Positions 38,824-51,485 are shown, counted from the first letter of the stretch. The stretch is DNA of 64,000 nt from Octopus vulgaris (GCA_951406725.2 OX597816.1:60884001-60948000); one strand, 5' to 3'. A program made the numbers and translations. The notes: generated from the letters alone by a model not told the origin.

Positions 38824-38879
38824 GTGACCAATGGTTTCACATCCATAAAGCCTTATAGATGATTCATCAGACTCCAATG
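38824..38879 (-). ncRNA. Type-I hammerhead ribozyme motif in a 220-bp palindrome
   Basis: Minus strand reads cattggagt CTGATGA atcatctataag gctttatggatgt GAAAC cattg GTC ac: intact core, long stem II, stem III ACC/GGT and a GUC cleavage triplet. A mutated mirror copy is at 38911-38979. Confidence 0.7.
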
Positions 38880-39654
38880 ACCATGGGCTTTGGAGTTATA
38901 TGTCAGCAGCCATTGGAGTCTAACAAGTCATCTATAAGGTTAAGCACTTTATGGATGCGAAACCATTGGTTACTTTATGACTGGCTATATAATTAACTTC
39001 CTGTAAATATACATACACACACAATGGGCTTCTTTCAGTTTCCATCTATCAAATCCACTCAGAAGGCTTTGATTGACCTGGGGCGACAGTAGAAGATATT
39101 TGCCCAAGGTGCCACATGGTGGGACTGAACCTAAGATCACATGGTTGGGAAGCAACCTACTTAATATACAACCATGCCTGCACCTGTTACACCTTTTACA
39201 ATAATGTTCCTTAATTTCTCTCCAGACCTTCCTTTAATAGAAATTAGGTATGAGGAAGATATGAAGAACAATGCAATGAGAAGTATCAACCATCTCAGCC
39301 AATCATGAACCACCAAAACAATATTTAGAATAGATAATTATATTTATAATTATATCTACATTTTTTTCTATAAATATGATGGCTTTTTCTTGCAACAATT
39401 ATTTTTGTTTATATAGCTGGGTAATGCTCCTCTTATTGCTAATCACTTAGTTGTGAAGTGGAAAATGGAACCTGTTTATGTTCAACCAGATAAATCTGCA
39501 GTAATTAATAAAATCTGTAAAATAAGCTTGTGTGCTATGAGGGCAGGCTCTTACAAATGTCAGAACTCATCTCTCTTTTTGGCACATAACATTTTCAAAT
39601 CATCCTTATTCCACTTGTATTTTTTTGCTGATGCATTTATTTATTTATTTGCTC

Positions 39655-40048
39655 TTTCACTTGTTTCAGTCATTTGACTGTGGCCATGCTGGAGTACCGT
39701 CTTTAGTCAAGCAAGTCGACCCCAGGACTTATTCTTTGTTAGCCTAGTACTTATTCTATCGGCCTCTTTTGCTGAGTCACTAAGTTACGGGGATGTAAAC
39801 ACACCACCATCGGTTGTCAAGTGATGTTGGGAGGACAAACACAAACACATAAATACACACACACATACATACATACATACATATATATATATACGACGGG
39901 CTTCTTTCAGTCTCCATCTACCAAATCCACTCACAAGGCTTTGTTCGGCTCGAGGCTATAGTAGAAGACACTTGCCCAAAGTGCCATGCAGTGGGAATGA
40001 ACCCAGAACCATGTGGTTGGTAAGTAAGCTACTTACTACACAGGCACT
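39655..40048 (-). mobile_element. SINE family B full copy
   Basis: Matches the family consensus end to end. Confidence 0.88.
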
Positions 40049-40229
40049 TTATTTACTTATTTATTTATTTATTTTACTTTGATGCCAACAGAGCTAGGTA
40101 CTTTGCTCAGAAGTACACCACAATGGCTGCCATAAGGGTTGAACTGAAAACCATGTGACCAGCTAGTTGTCCTGCTCAGTAAATCATGGTATCTTGACAA
40201 GAACAGCCACATAAAAGCCTTAATTACAC

Positions 40230-40459
40230 ATAAAAGCCTTTCATTACTGTATTTATTTTGAGGTGTTCTGTATTTCTTTCAATTACTTTAAATATAACTA
40301 AGAATTTAGTAAAATAACTTAGTTATCATTCAGCTAGTATTAAGAACATAAATTGTGACTAAGGTTTGGTGGAAGATTTTAATTCAAAATTTATGAAAAC
40401 AAGACATTTGTACTCAGAGCCAGAGCCGGTTTCAGCCGGGTTGGTAACGAAAGAGTTAA
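40230..40459. mobile_element. TTAA-ended MITE
   Basis: Ends ggtaacgaaagagttaa; the degenerate complementary start is cctttcattact. Confidence 0.5.
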
Positions 40460-41245
40460 AACATCTGCAAGGTTATACTGACATTGATAGTGGGAACTGA
40501 ATTTTTTGAAGATATTTAAAAAATCATTTTATTCACTGAAAATGTGTAGTATGGAAGTAAAATTTAAGAGATAAAAATACATTGTAAATGTTATTTAATT
40601 AACTTGTTCATTATCAGCTAATCAATATCAAATAGATATTAAACAATATAATTATCTCTGATGAGAATTAAAACTTTTTATTTTATTTCTATTTTCAAAT
40701 TAATGATGCATACTAACATGGGCTTTTAAACAATTTGTAAGAGATGAGATAGAGCTATCTGAATGAATAGCAAAGTGCTGATGATACTTGGCAGATTTGT
40801 TACTAAGGTCCAGTGTATATCCAATGACAGATGTATGTGTGTAAAGAGTTTAAAATAGGATAACTATCACACACCAGCTATTGTGTGTAGTTTATGACCA
40901 GGTTCACTTTCAATAGCAAACTTTAAAATTATTGTGGAATGAGACTTCAATGTGAATACTGGAGCAGTTTCCAGTTAACTTCTCCAGAGCCATGCACACA
41001 TTTGAATCAGAACTACGAGCTAACAAAATGTTTGTGTATTTATACCAAGCCTCCATTTATTACTATTATGTTTATTCATATTACAAATTTCCAGCTAAAT
41101 ACATCTCTCTACTTTGTAACTTATTTCAATAATCTCAGATGGATTAAATGCAAACAAGTCTCCAGTGGGAATTGAACTAAAAACAAGAGGTAGTGAACTA
41201 GATATAATAAAACATTTCCAGTTTGGTACATACTGCTGCTGCTGC

Positions 41246-41621
41246 TTGTTTGTTTGTTTGTTGAGTGAAGCGGTCTTCGTTCTGTAGTGGGAGAAGTCCG
41301 AAACGTGGTCCTTTGCTATTCGTAAGACCCACAGAAGAGAAAGCAGGTCAACCCCCGACACTGAGAGAATTGACGGATGGATGAATGCGCATCCAGGCTC
41401 AGCGGTTGCATAGGAAGTCAGGGACAAGAAACAGGAAGAAAGAGTGAGAGAAAGTTGGAGTGAAAGAGTACAACAGGGGTCGCCACCACCCCCTACCGGA
41501 GCCTCGTGGAGCTTTAGGTGTTTTTCGCTCAATAAACACACACAACGCCCGGTCTGGGAATCGAAACCACGATCCTCCGACCGCGAGTCCACTGCCCTAA
41601 CCATTGGGCCATAGTGCCTCC
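41246..41621 (-). mobile_element. tRNA-derived SINE family C with (AAAC)n tail
   Basis: A box tggcccaatggttaggg and B box ggtttcgattccc. Tail caaacaaacaaacaa, inserted in a (GCT)n tract. Confidence 0.85.
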
Positions 41622-43311
41622 ACTTATTGCTGCTGCTGTTCTATCACCAGCATCACCACAATCACTTCATCATTGAAGCTGGGATACAATACTAAGGTGC
41701 TTAACAGTATTCTTTTAGAAAATCTGATTTCAAAATAAAATTCTGTTTGAATTAACAGATGAACATAGTATGTAAGTAAGTGAAGGCAATAACATTATGG
41801 AAGAAATATAGGGGACATTTATTGTAGGTTCTGAAGCAATAATGTTCAGTGTTTGTGTGAAAAGCTGAAATGAGTAGGTAGTGACTGTGATGATGATGGT
41901 TGTATTGTTTAACTCCAAGTCAGTCCTGACTAAGCAGGCTTATGATAAAAGATATTCTATCCTATCTTTTATTACCCAATGTGTCTTTCTTGTTTAAGAT
42001 AGTATGGTGTGGTCTGAGGAAGATTTAGCTATTATTCAAGCAACTTAAACAACAAGACACTCCTTTTTTGGCTCTCAGTAGTGTAAGTATGGATGAACAT
42101 TAGGATATGGCTTGCTGAATGAACAGCTTGACTGATTCTGCTGTTAGTCACTCCCCTAACATTTCTCACTATTTTGGTAAAGGCATGGATGCCATACAAT
42201 TAAATTTCCTCCCTCTATAAAACTAGGATGTTGTGTAAACATATAAATATCAATATTTTCCTTGGATTTCACTCCCTCCATTGAAATTATGGTATAAAGC
42301 TCTCTAATTTGCAACAAAATACAAGTTTATTTTGTAAGGAAATGTAAAACAAGACATGAATTATTGAATTATTCATTAGGTCTTTTTAATTTTTGATTTT
42401 TTTAAAAATGTATTTCTATTTTTTAATGATTTATTTTAATTTTTATTTAATTTTTTTTTAAATTTAACTTATTTTTAAATTCTATTTTACTCTAGAATTT
42501 GTGCTATTTTAAGTTACAGCACTTGTTTCAAAAAAAAAAAAAAAATGTTCTGGAATGTTAGCTTATGCTAAGAGCACTGTACTTTTGAATGTATAATTTT
42601 CTATTAATTCATATACTTGCTTTTGTATCAAACAATTAAACAGGAAGAGACAGGGCTCTGAGTAATCATTTATCCTACAAGAAATATCAGCCAAATATCC
42701 TTCAAACCATACAATACTATCTTAACCCGGTTGCATTCAGATTACTCAGTGAAATATAATGCTAATTTATTCACATTGATATAAATTGGTCATGCATTAT
42801 CTTGTAGCTTTGAAATTCCAGTGACATGATTATTTATTTTTAGAATGATATTGTACAGTATATGGGAGAGACTGGATCTGGCCGGTTTGAACATAAAATA
42901 GAATATTTTAGCTGGATATGACCGATTTAAATGCTAATGTTTTAAATAAGGCAGGACATTATATAGCATGGTCCTAGAAATACTGTCTAAAAATAAGACT
43001 GATTGCTCACAACTAGAGTACCTTTGGTCATTACCCAATCAGAACAGATCAGGGGTTCAACAACTATTGAAAGTACACAAAAAAAGCATGTTTAGTTATA
43101 AGTTCAACTGAGGACATAATATTTTTAAGAGATGTCCTTGGGCAAGACACACCACTCATATTGCAATACTCAAATGAATATGGAAATGAGTACTATTTCC
43201 TATTTGAAGTTCATTTAAACATAAAATAACTGCTCCAAAAATATTGTAATCTAGGTTCTTTAGTTATCATGGCCAAGGCTATGTTTAAGAATTGTTTTGT
43301 TTCAATTACTC

Positions 43312-43534
43312 TATTACTTGTTTCAGTCATTTGACTGTGGCCATGCTGGAGCACTGCCTTTAGTCGAGGAAATTGACCCCAGGACTTACACTTTGTAAGC
43401 CTAGTACTTATTCTATCGGTCTCTTTTGCCGAACCACTAAGTTATAGGGACGTAAACACACCAGCATCGGTTGTCAAGCGATGTTGGGGAACGAACATAG
43501 ACACACACATACACACACACACACATACATATAC

Positions 43535-43567
<33 letters not shown>

Positions 43568-43734
43568 TACGATGGGCTTCTTTCAGTCTCCATCTACCAA
43601 ATCCACTCACAAGGCTTTGTTCAGCCCAAAGCTATAGTAGAAAACACTTGCCCAAGGTGCCATGCAGTGGGACTGAACCCAGAACCATGTGGTTCGTAAG
43701 CAAGCTACTTACCACACACCCACTCCTACGCCTA
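43312..43734 (-). mobile_element. SINE family B full copy
   Basis: Matches the family consensus. Confidence 0.88.
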
Positions 43735-45947
43735 TAACAAAACAAATTGATCATGGCAAAATACATTTTCAATTAGTGCAATAAGTACATACATTTGATT
43801 TTATACCTCCCTTAAAGAATGCGATTAAAATATTATATGAAATGAAGAAAAAAAAAATTAGGTGATGAAATTATTCTTAGATGGCTGACACATCTCACTT
43901 GCAATATTTTTTAGATAACTGGTATTAATAAAAAAATAAGTTTTACTTTATATTTTCTAATTGAAGTTAAGGGGCCAGTGACCAAATAAAAAAAAAATTA
44001 TTGTCATGAATATGGTACAAGCAAATCTAAAGCTCTAGTCTCCAATGCTAATCACAAAAATAATTGCAGAGGTCTTATTTTGAAAATAACACAAATTTTG
44101 CATTATTTATTTATTTGGCATTACTATTGCTAGTACATACTCAATTATAATCTAATTTATTCTCCTGAAAGGAAACTATAACAAGTGGGGTGGCCAATCA
44201 CCTATTTAAAAGTAACCTACAGACCTTATACCCAGAATAAATTGTCTGGTGAGTTGTTTAGAGTCCAGTACCCTTATTTGACCAATATTCTAGGTATAGC
44301 TATCCAACTTTTCATTAAGACTTTGCTGTCCTGAAACATATACCTTATAAAATACTTAGTTATTTTAAGAATGGTAGGTAGTTTGTTGAGGGGTATGTAA
44401 CTATTATATTAGTACAAAATCTCTCACTAGTAAGGGAATCTCCCAATTCTATGCTTTGACTAGAACCTTCCAAGATGAGTGTGGTAAATTCTGTATTTAT
44501 TTAACATGAGGAGTGCTTAAGTGACTAATGGTATGTGACTTATGAATAGGATTAAGTTCACTTCATATTACTAATGCTCCTGGTGGAAGATATAAATATT
44601 TTATTTCTATTTGAACTAATTTTATCAATAATTATTTCCTTAAATTAAAAGATCTGAAATTTAAAATGTCTCTGTTTCAGCCAAAGACTGGTTCAGTAGA
44701 CTAAACAATGAAAGTGGCTTTAAACTAAGCAAAATTGCATGCCTTGCCAATTTAATGCTACAGACAGTACAAATGAGGAGAAAGAATGTGTCAAATTCAC
44801 AATTGCAACAATTATGCAGATTTTTACAGTCAATGTTTCCATGACAACAATTTGCTATAATACTAAAGTGACAACAATATGTCATTTGAAACTTATGACA
44901 TAAGAAAATGAAAAATTCAAAGAATTTCAATAACTAAAAAAAGCAACAAAAATTAACCAACTCTAAATTTTTAATTCATAGTTTGATAACTACCAGTTTT
45001 TAAGTAGAATATCCAAACAAAATGTATTTATATAGAATTAAATCATAGTAACTAGATGGTTAGCTCTCCTGTTTAAAACTAAATAATATGGTATATAATA
45101 TTTGTAGCAGCTTCAATAAATAAATTTGTCTGGTTTAGATTCCTGATTTAGAAACTTTGTTTTGCAGTCATCAATCACCCAGCAGATCACAACACAAATT
45201 GCTAAATACAAAGTATTCATATCAAAAGGTTTGGCAGTTTTAATAAAAAAAAACTACTGAAACTATACACATTTTGAATTAACATTACTCAGTGTTAAAC
45301 TATAAAGCCACTACTCTACACTTCATTGTATTTAAGCCTTGAATATAACTCACATAGATGGCTGAGAAAAAAAAAGATATTCAAAGAGAAAATTTTTATT
45401 AGAGGAATATACCCATGATTATTTGCTCAAGTTTGAGAGGCCGACATAATAAGTCAGCTAAGACATAATAATCTCACTCTAACTTAGAAATTTTAAAAAT
45501 TAAAATGCTTCATTTACCAGTTATTGACAGCAGCACTATGTTTATGTTGAGAGAGACTAACCCGATAATTATTTATTGAATTGTACCAAATGGTCGGTGA
45601 ATGATCTCCAGGCAATGAATTATTGATGTAGATTTATTTAAAGTGAGATTAATGTAATCTGGGGCAAAGTAATATCACAAAAGTAGGACAGATAAAATAA
45701 TTTAAGCAATAAGATTGAAGCCAACAACCTATCAGTTCCTCAGTATAGGTGATAAAGTTCTCAAAGTATTTTGTAAACTAGAAAGAAAAACTTTAAACAA
45801 GTAAAATGTGGAGTTCAGAAGTTTGCTTCTCAACCACATGGTCCCAAGTCTGGTCCCACCTTCAGCATGTATCTTCTAAGTGTAAGCCTCAGATTGACCA
45901 ATACTTAGTGAATGGAATTTAGTTGACAGAAACTGCACAGATATCTG

Positions 45948-46178
45948 GCGAGCGAGCTGGCAGAAACATTAGCATGCCAAACGAAATGCTTTGCGGTATT
46001 TCGTCTGCCGTTACATTCTGAGTTCAAATTCCGCCGAGGTCGACTTTGCCTTTCATCCTTTTGGGGTCGATAAATTAAGTACCAGTTATGCACTGGGGTC
46101 GATGTAATCGACTTAATCCGTTTGTCTGTCCTTGTTTGTCCCCTCTGTGTGTAGCCCCTTGTGGGTAGTAAAGAAATA
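45948..46178 (+). mobile_element. SINE family A, young copy with 20-bp TSD
   Basis: Perfect TSD agaaactgcacagatatctg at 45928-45947 and 46179-46198. Confidence 0.92.
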
Positions 46179-46215
46179 AGAAACTGCACAGATATCTGTC
46201 ATATGTATTTGTGTG

Positions 46216-48989
46216 TCATCATCATCATCATCATCATTTAGCGTCCGTTTTCCATGCTAGCATGGGTTGGACGGTTCTGCTGGGGTCTGTGAAGCCAGAA
46301 GGCTTCATCAGGCCCAGTCAAATCTGGCAGTGTTTCTACGGCTGGATGCCCTTCCTAACGCCAACCACTCCGTGAGTGTAGTGGGTGCTTTTTACGTGCC
46401 ACCCGCACTGGTGCCAGACAGAGCTGGCAAACGGCCACGAACGGATGGTGCTTTTTATGTGCCACCGGCACGAGGGCCAGGCGAGGCTGGCAACGGACAC
46501 GAAACGGGGCGGTGCTGGCAACGGTCGCGAAACGGAAAGTTCTCTTACATGCCACCGGCACTGGTAACACATCTGCAATTTCCATTGATCGATTTCCATT
46601 GATCGATTTCGATTCTGATCCTCACTTGCCTCAATGGGTCTTCACAAGCAGAGTTTCGACATGCCACCGGCACTGGTAGCACATCCGCAATTTCCATTGA
46701 TCGATTACGATTCTGATCCTCACTTGCCTCAACACGTCTTCACAAGTAGAGTTTTGTGTCCCAAGAAGGGAAGGTATGCATACGTAGGCTGGCTCCATCC
46801 CATGTAGAAGGCCACGGGTTGTGGACTCACTTGTCCTGCCGGGTCTTCTCGCGCACAGCACACTTCCAGAGGTCTCGGTCTCTAGTCATTTCCTCAGTGA
46901 GACCTAAAGTTCGAAGGTCGTGCTTCACCACCTCGTCCCAGGTTTTCCTGGGTCTGCCTCTTCCACAGGTTCCCTCAACCGCTAGGGCGTGGCACTTTTT
47001 CACACAACTATCTTCATCCATTCTCGCCACATGACCATACCAGCGCAAACGTCTCTCTTGCACACCACAACTGATGCTTCTTAGGTCCAGCTTTTCTCTC
47101 AAGGTACTTACACTCTGCCGAGTGTGAGTACTGGCATTACACATCCATCGGAGCATACTGGCTTCATTTCTAGCGAGCTTACGCATATCCTCAGCAGTCA
47201 CGGCCCATGTTTCACTGCCATGTAGCATGGCTGTTCGTACACACGCATCATACAGTCTGCCCTTCACTCTGTGCGAGAGGCCTTTTGTCACCAGCAGAGG
47301 TAAGAGCTCTCTGAACTTTGCCCAAGCTATTCTTACTCTAGCAGTTACACTTTCAGCACACCCGCCCCCGCTGCTGACTTGGTCACCTAGGTAACGGAAA
47401 CTATCAACTATTTCTAGTTTTTCTCCCTGGAAAGTGACAGAAGTTGGTCTCAGAGCATTTTCAGTGTTTATTGTTCCTGAGCATCTGCCACATACAAAAA
47501 CCATCTTCCTAGTTAGCCTTCCTTTGACATTGCTGCATCTCTTATGTGTCCATAGCTTACACTTGGTGCATCTTATAGAGTTTCTACCTACACCTTTTCT
47601 ACAGATCGAGCAGGGCCATCTACCTGAAGGTGTTTGTGATTTGTCAACCTTCCTACTGATTACGACTTTGGTTTTAGCTAGATTGACTCTAAGGCCCTTC
47701 GATTCTAATCCTTGTTTCCACACCTGAAACTTCTCCTCCAGTTCTGATAGCGACTCAGCAATTAGAGCAAGGTCATCAGCATAGAGGAGCTCCCAAGGGC
47801 ATCCTGTCTTGAATTCCTCCGTTATTGCCTGGAGGACTATGATAAATAGGAGGGGGCTGAGTACTGAGCCTTGGTGGACCCCTACCTCTACCCGGAATTC
47901 TTCACTGTACTCATTTCCAACCCTCACCCTACTAGTGGCGTCCCTATACATGGCCCGCACAGCTCTCACTAACCATTCATCTATCCCTAGTTTTCTCATT
48001 GCCCACCAGATAAGGGATCGGGGGACCCTGTCGAAGGCTTTCTCCATGTCAACAAAAGCCAGGTACAGGGGCTTATCTTTGGCTAGGTATTTCTCCTGCA
48101 GCTGCCTTACCAGGAATATAGCATCAGTAGTACTTTTCCCTGGCACAAACCCAAACTGCATCTCATCTAAACTAACTCTCTCTCTAATTAGTTGGGCTAT
48201 GACCCTCTCCGTAACCTTCATCACCTGGTCCAACAGCTTGATACCTCTGTAGTTATTTGTATCTAGGGCATCACCTTTACCTTTGTAGCAGTTGACTATT
48301 ATACTGCTACACCAGTCATTGGGTATGACCCCTTTGTGTATCACCTGATTAACTATATGGGTGACTAGGCTATAGCCAACACTACCAGACATTTTGAGCA
48401 TCTCTGCAGTGATTCCTGATGGGCCTGGGGCTTTCCCTGTCTTCATGCTTCTAATTGCCTTAGCTACCACAGAACTATCAACTCGGATAGCTGGTCCCTC
48501 TGTTGGGTCAACATTCGGCAGACTCTCTTTATCCCATTCATTTTCTTCATTCAGCAACCTTTCATAGTGGCATCTCCAAACCTCTCTCTTTGCATCCTCA
48601 TTTAGCGCAAGTGAACCATCTTCCATGCGAACACACTTCTCTCCTACCACATCACGATTCTCTCTCACACACTGTCTTGCAACACGAAACACCTCCAGTC
48701 TTTGGTCCTCACGGCGCAGAACATTGGCAAATTTTTTCTTATCTGCTTCCCCTCTGGCTAAATAAACCTGTCTCCTAGCTTCTCTTTTGGCAGTCTGATA
48801 CAATTCTCTGCTACCCCCATTTTTCCAGACCTTCCAAGCCTGTCTCTTTTCTCTAATAGCCCTGTCTACAATGTTGTTCCACCACCACGTTATTCTAGGT
48901 CGAGAGGGGACTTTGCACCAGCCACAGATCTGGTCAGTGGCTCTCAGCAGGACCAGATCTGTGGCTGGTGCAAAGTCCCTCTCGACCTA
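46216..48989 (-). mobile_element. Young 5'-truncated RTE-clade LINE
   Basis: (GAT)n tail, a 3' UTR of about 600 bp, intact RT ORF, 5' inverted duplication, and TSD tgtgtg at 46210-46215 and 48990-48995. Confidence 0.93.
46827..48950 (-). CDS. RTE LINE ORF2 (reverse transcriptase, endonuclease domain truncated)
   Basis: 708 uninterrupted codons with no native start. Motifs KAPGPSG, NYRGIKLL, QFGF, FVDMEKAFDRV, GVHQGSVLSPLLF, LLYADD, FRYLG, HGSETW, RLRWYGHV and RGRPRKTW. Confidence 0.92.
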   Translation of the reverse strand: MLRATDQICGWCKVPSRPRITWWWNNIVDRAIREKRQAWKVWKNGGSRELYQTAKREARRQVYLARGEADKKKFANVLRREDQRLEVFRVARQCVRENRDVVGEKCVRMEDGSLALNEDAKREVWRCHYERLLNEENEWDKESLPNVDPTEGPAIRVDSSVVAKAIRSMKTGKAPGPSGITAEMLKMSGSVGYSLVTHIVNQVIHKGVIPNDWCSSIIVNCYKGKGDALDTNNYRGIKLLDQVMKVTERVIAQLIRERVSLDEMQFGFVPGKSTTDAIFLVRQLQEKYLAKDKPLYLAFVDMEKAFDRVPRSLIWWAMRKLGIDEWLVRAVRAMYRDATSRVRVGNEYSEEFRVEVGVHQGSVLSPLLFIIVLQAITEEFKTGCPWELLYADDLALIAESLSELEEKFQVWKQGLESKGLRVNLAKTKVVISRKVDKSQTPSGRWPCSICRKGVGRNSIRCTKCKLWTHKRCSNVKGRLTRKMVFVCGRCSGTINTENALRPTSVTFQGEKLEIVDSFRYLGDQVSSGGGCAESVTARVRIAWAKFRELLPLLVTKGLSHRVKGRLYDACVRTAMLHGSETWAVTAEDMRKLARNEASMLRWMCNASTHTRQSVSTLREKLDLRSISCGVQERRLRWYGHVARMDEDSCVKKCHALAVEGTCGRGRPRKTWDEVVKHDLRTLGLTEEMTRDRDLWKCAVREKTRQDK

Positions 48990-50574
48990 TGTGTGCATAT
49001 GAAAGAGTATCAAGTGGTATCCATTTATTATGTCAAAGTTTGACTTGTACATTTGATAAAATAGAAATCAATAAAAGAAGCACCAAATGGAAATAAATAC
49101 TGGGATCCTTAAAAGTCAACTAAACCCCATGCAGATGGTGTTTCAGCATAGCTGTAATACAATTATTGAAACTAGTAAAAACAAAAAAAAAAGTATCTTA
49201 CAACAAACTACACCGAGGAGAAACAGATTTTGAAATATGTCTGTACATGGTGGGAGGATATTTTACGTGCACACTGGAACATTTTGTTTTAATAATGAAT
49301 AATGAATATGAATTGTCTCTACTTTTTAAAAGAAAAAAAAATGAAAAACAAGAAAGAACTCCAGAATGTCACTATGCAATAGTAAAAGAGTGATACAAAG
49401 GGGAGAAAAAGCAGTGATGACATTGACAATTTGGTTTTATCATCAGAAATTGTGCCAGGTTGAAAAACTAATACACAAACAACATGAAAGGCTGCCCAAG
49501 GAAAGCCATCAACTGACTTTTCTTTATTTCAAGTACCTAGATAAAACCTCTGGTTAAGAAGCCCCTCCCCACAGGCCTAAGAATACTGTATTGAAAAGTA
49601 CCTTCCTGTCTCAAACCTTGAAAAAAAAAAAGAAAAAAAATTATCCAAGACATGCACTGACTGTCCTCGTTTGTCTCTTGAAGTTGCAGAAATAAAGACA
49701 AGACAAAATATTTACAAAAGATTTCACAATAAGAAAGGAAAATGTATTGACTTCCAGAAAATAAAGAAGATTTGTAATACCTATAGTTCTGAAGATATGA
49801 AGGATATACCTATGAAAGAATGTATCTGTGACTGAGAACTTAATGTGAAGTGAATCTTTGTAAAAGGATGTATTTTATGTTGGAAATGAAAGACAGGGTA
49901 TATATTTTTACAATAAAGTCTAAACTAGTTTTATGAATGAATATTCTTAACACCACCAATTTTGAAGTATTTACTTTCATCATAAGTACCTCAGAATAGA
50001 AGTTGTTTTCTATAGCTGAAGTACTTTGTAGCTATTTTAATTAATAATACCTCACAGCAGCAAGTCCTGTTTATTTTTCACCAGCAACTACATCCAGGAA
50101 TTGTTTAGAACTAGATTGTAACAAATTCTGAATGAACAAAACATAGTAAGCATCAGTAAGATTTATTATAAAACTACATTTTAAATGGTCATCCAACAAC
50201 TATTTCATTTTAAGTACTTAATATACTTTAAGTAGATAACACTTATTAAACAATTAAAACTATGCATCTAAATAAGCTTAGTGAATGATAGAATAAGCTC
50301 TCATTCAACATCTCAAAATCTAAGTACATATCCACTCAATCATAATGATAATAATAATCCTTTCTATTATAGGCACAAGGTCTGGAATTTGTGGAGAGGG
50401 GGCTAGCCAATTATATTGACCCCACTGCTCAACCAGTATCTTATTAATCCTGAAAGGATGAAAGGCAAAGTCAGCCTCAGCAGAATTTGAATTCAAAACA
50501 TAAAGCTGGGAGACATGTCACAAAGCATTTTGTCTGGCATGTTTACATTTTCTGTACTCAAATCTTACAAGCTA

Positions 50575-51485
50575 CATTTTAACAGCAACAAAATAGAATA
50601 TGTTGATTATTTTAAATTTCTAAGAAGCATTGTAGATAAAAATCAGAAATGGAAACTACATATTGATCTGACCTGCAGGCTTAGTGTTATTGTTATCTTA
50701 TCTCAGATGAAAAATTATTTTCCTAGACAAGTGTTACTAAACATATCTGATGCTTGTTAAGTTATCTAAATTATGATATTTTCTGTAAAATCACCATTCT
50801 AGTAAAGTGGAAAAGTCACAGAGCTCTGCAACTATTTAAAATAAACAATAGATCTTTAGTCTTGCCATAGTATTCAAGTTTTGAAGTTTTAGATATGTAT
50901 ACACATGCACAAATTAAATTCTAAGATGATTTTCATCTGGCATTCTGCCTAAATTTTGTTAGCTTTCAGGTTATCAAACAACTCTGATGGAGCCAAATAT
51001 GAATATATGCATATTGCACATCTTCAATCTTTTTCAAATGTTATTCCTAATAAAATAAACTCACTTAAAAATACATAATCACTAAAATTTTCAATAAACT
51101 TGCAATAAAAAAGTCTATATAGTACAATAAAGAGTCTTTAACTCCAAATCAATTCCTACACAATTATTGAATCATGTAATACCTGTTATTTCCATAAGTA
51201 TCAACCATTTTCAAATATATTATAGTTCCTGTCTTGTGTAAATCCCTATTTTGTAAATCAGTGTATTTGCTAACATTTTCTTCTTATAAATTATCTCATT
51301 TATTATTTTTTTCTCTTATTATTTTGTTATTTCAGTTATAAGAGCCACAAAGTGAATTTTATAACCTACCAACAATTTTGGATTCAAGGAACCTCAAACA
51401 TAAATGTTCTACTCTCTACATTGTCTGTACATGCAATGTTTTTCTGTAATTTTGTAGTAAAAAATAAATGGAGTTGAAATTGAAA
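50575..51485 (+). pseudogene. Decayed L2/Crack/Daphne-group LINE 3' part
   Basis: FNSNKIEYVDYFKFLRSIVDKNQKWKLHID...ILSQMKNYFPRQVLLNI resembles the IE.V..FKFLG..ID.NL.W..HI motif. Ends aataaatggagttgaaattgaaa. Confidence 0.6.

Noticed and set aside
41095-41604. 169-aa ORF and an apparent tRNA gene at about 41550-41621
   Set aside because: This is a SINE head and body with an (AAAC)n tail. It has no proper acceptor stem or terminator, and the ORF has no protein-like features.
47434-48778. Plus-strand ORFs within the LINE (and minus-strand ORFs at 57717-59087)
   Set aside because: They are antisense shadows of the RT ORF.
49380-49830. Possible ancient transposase remnants (also 14906-15200 and 63140-63750)
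   Set aside because: No diagnostic motif was recoverable by eye; a translated HMM search would be needed.
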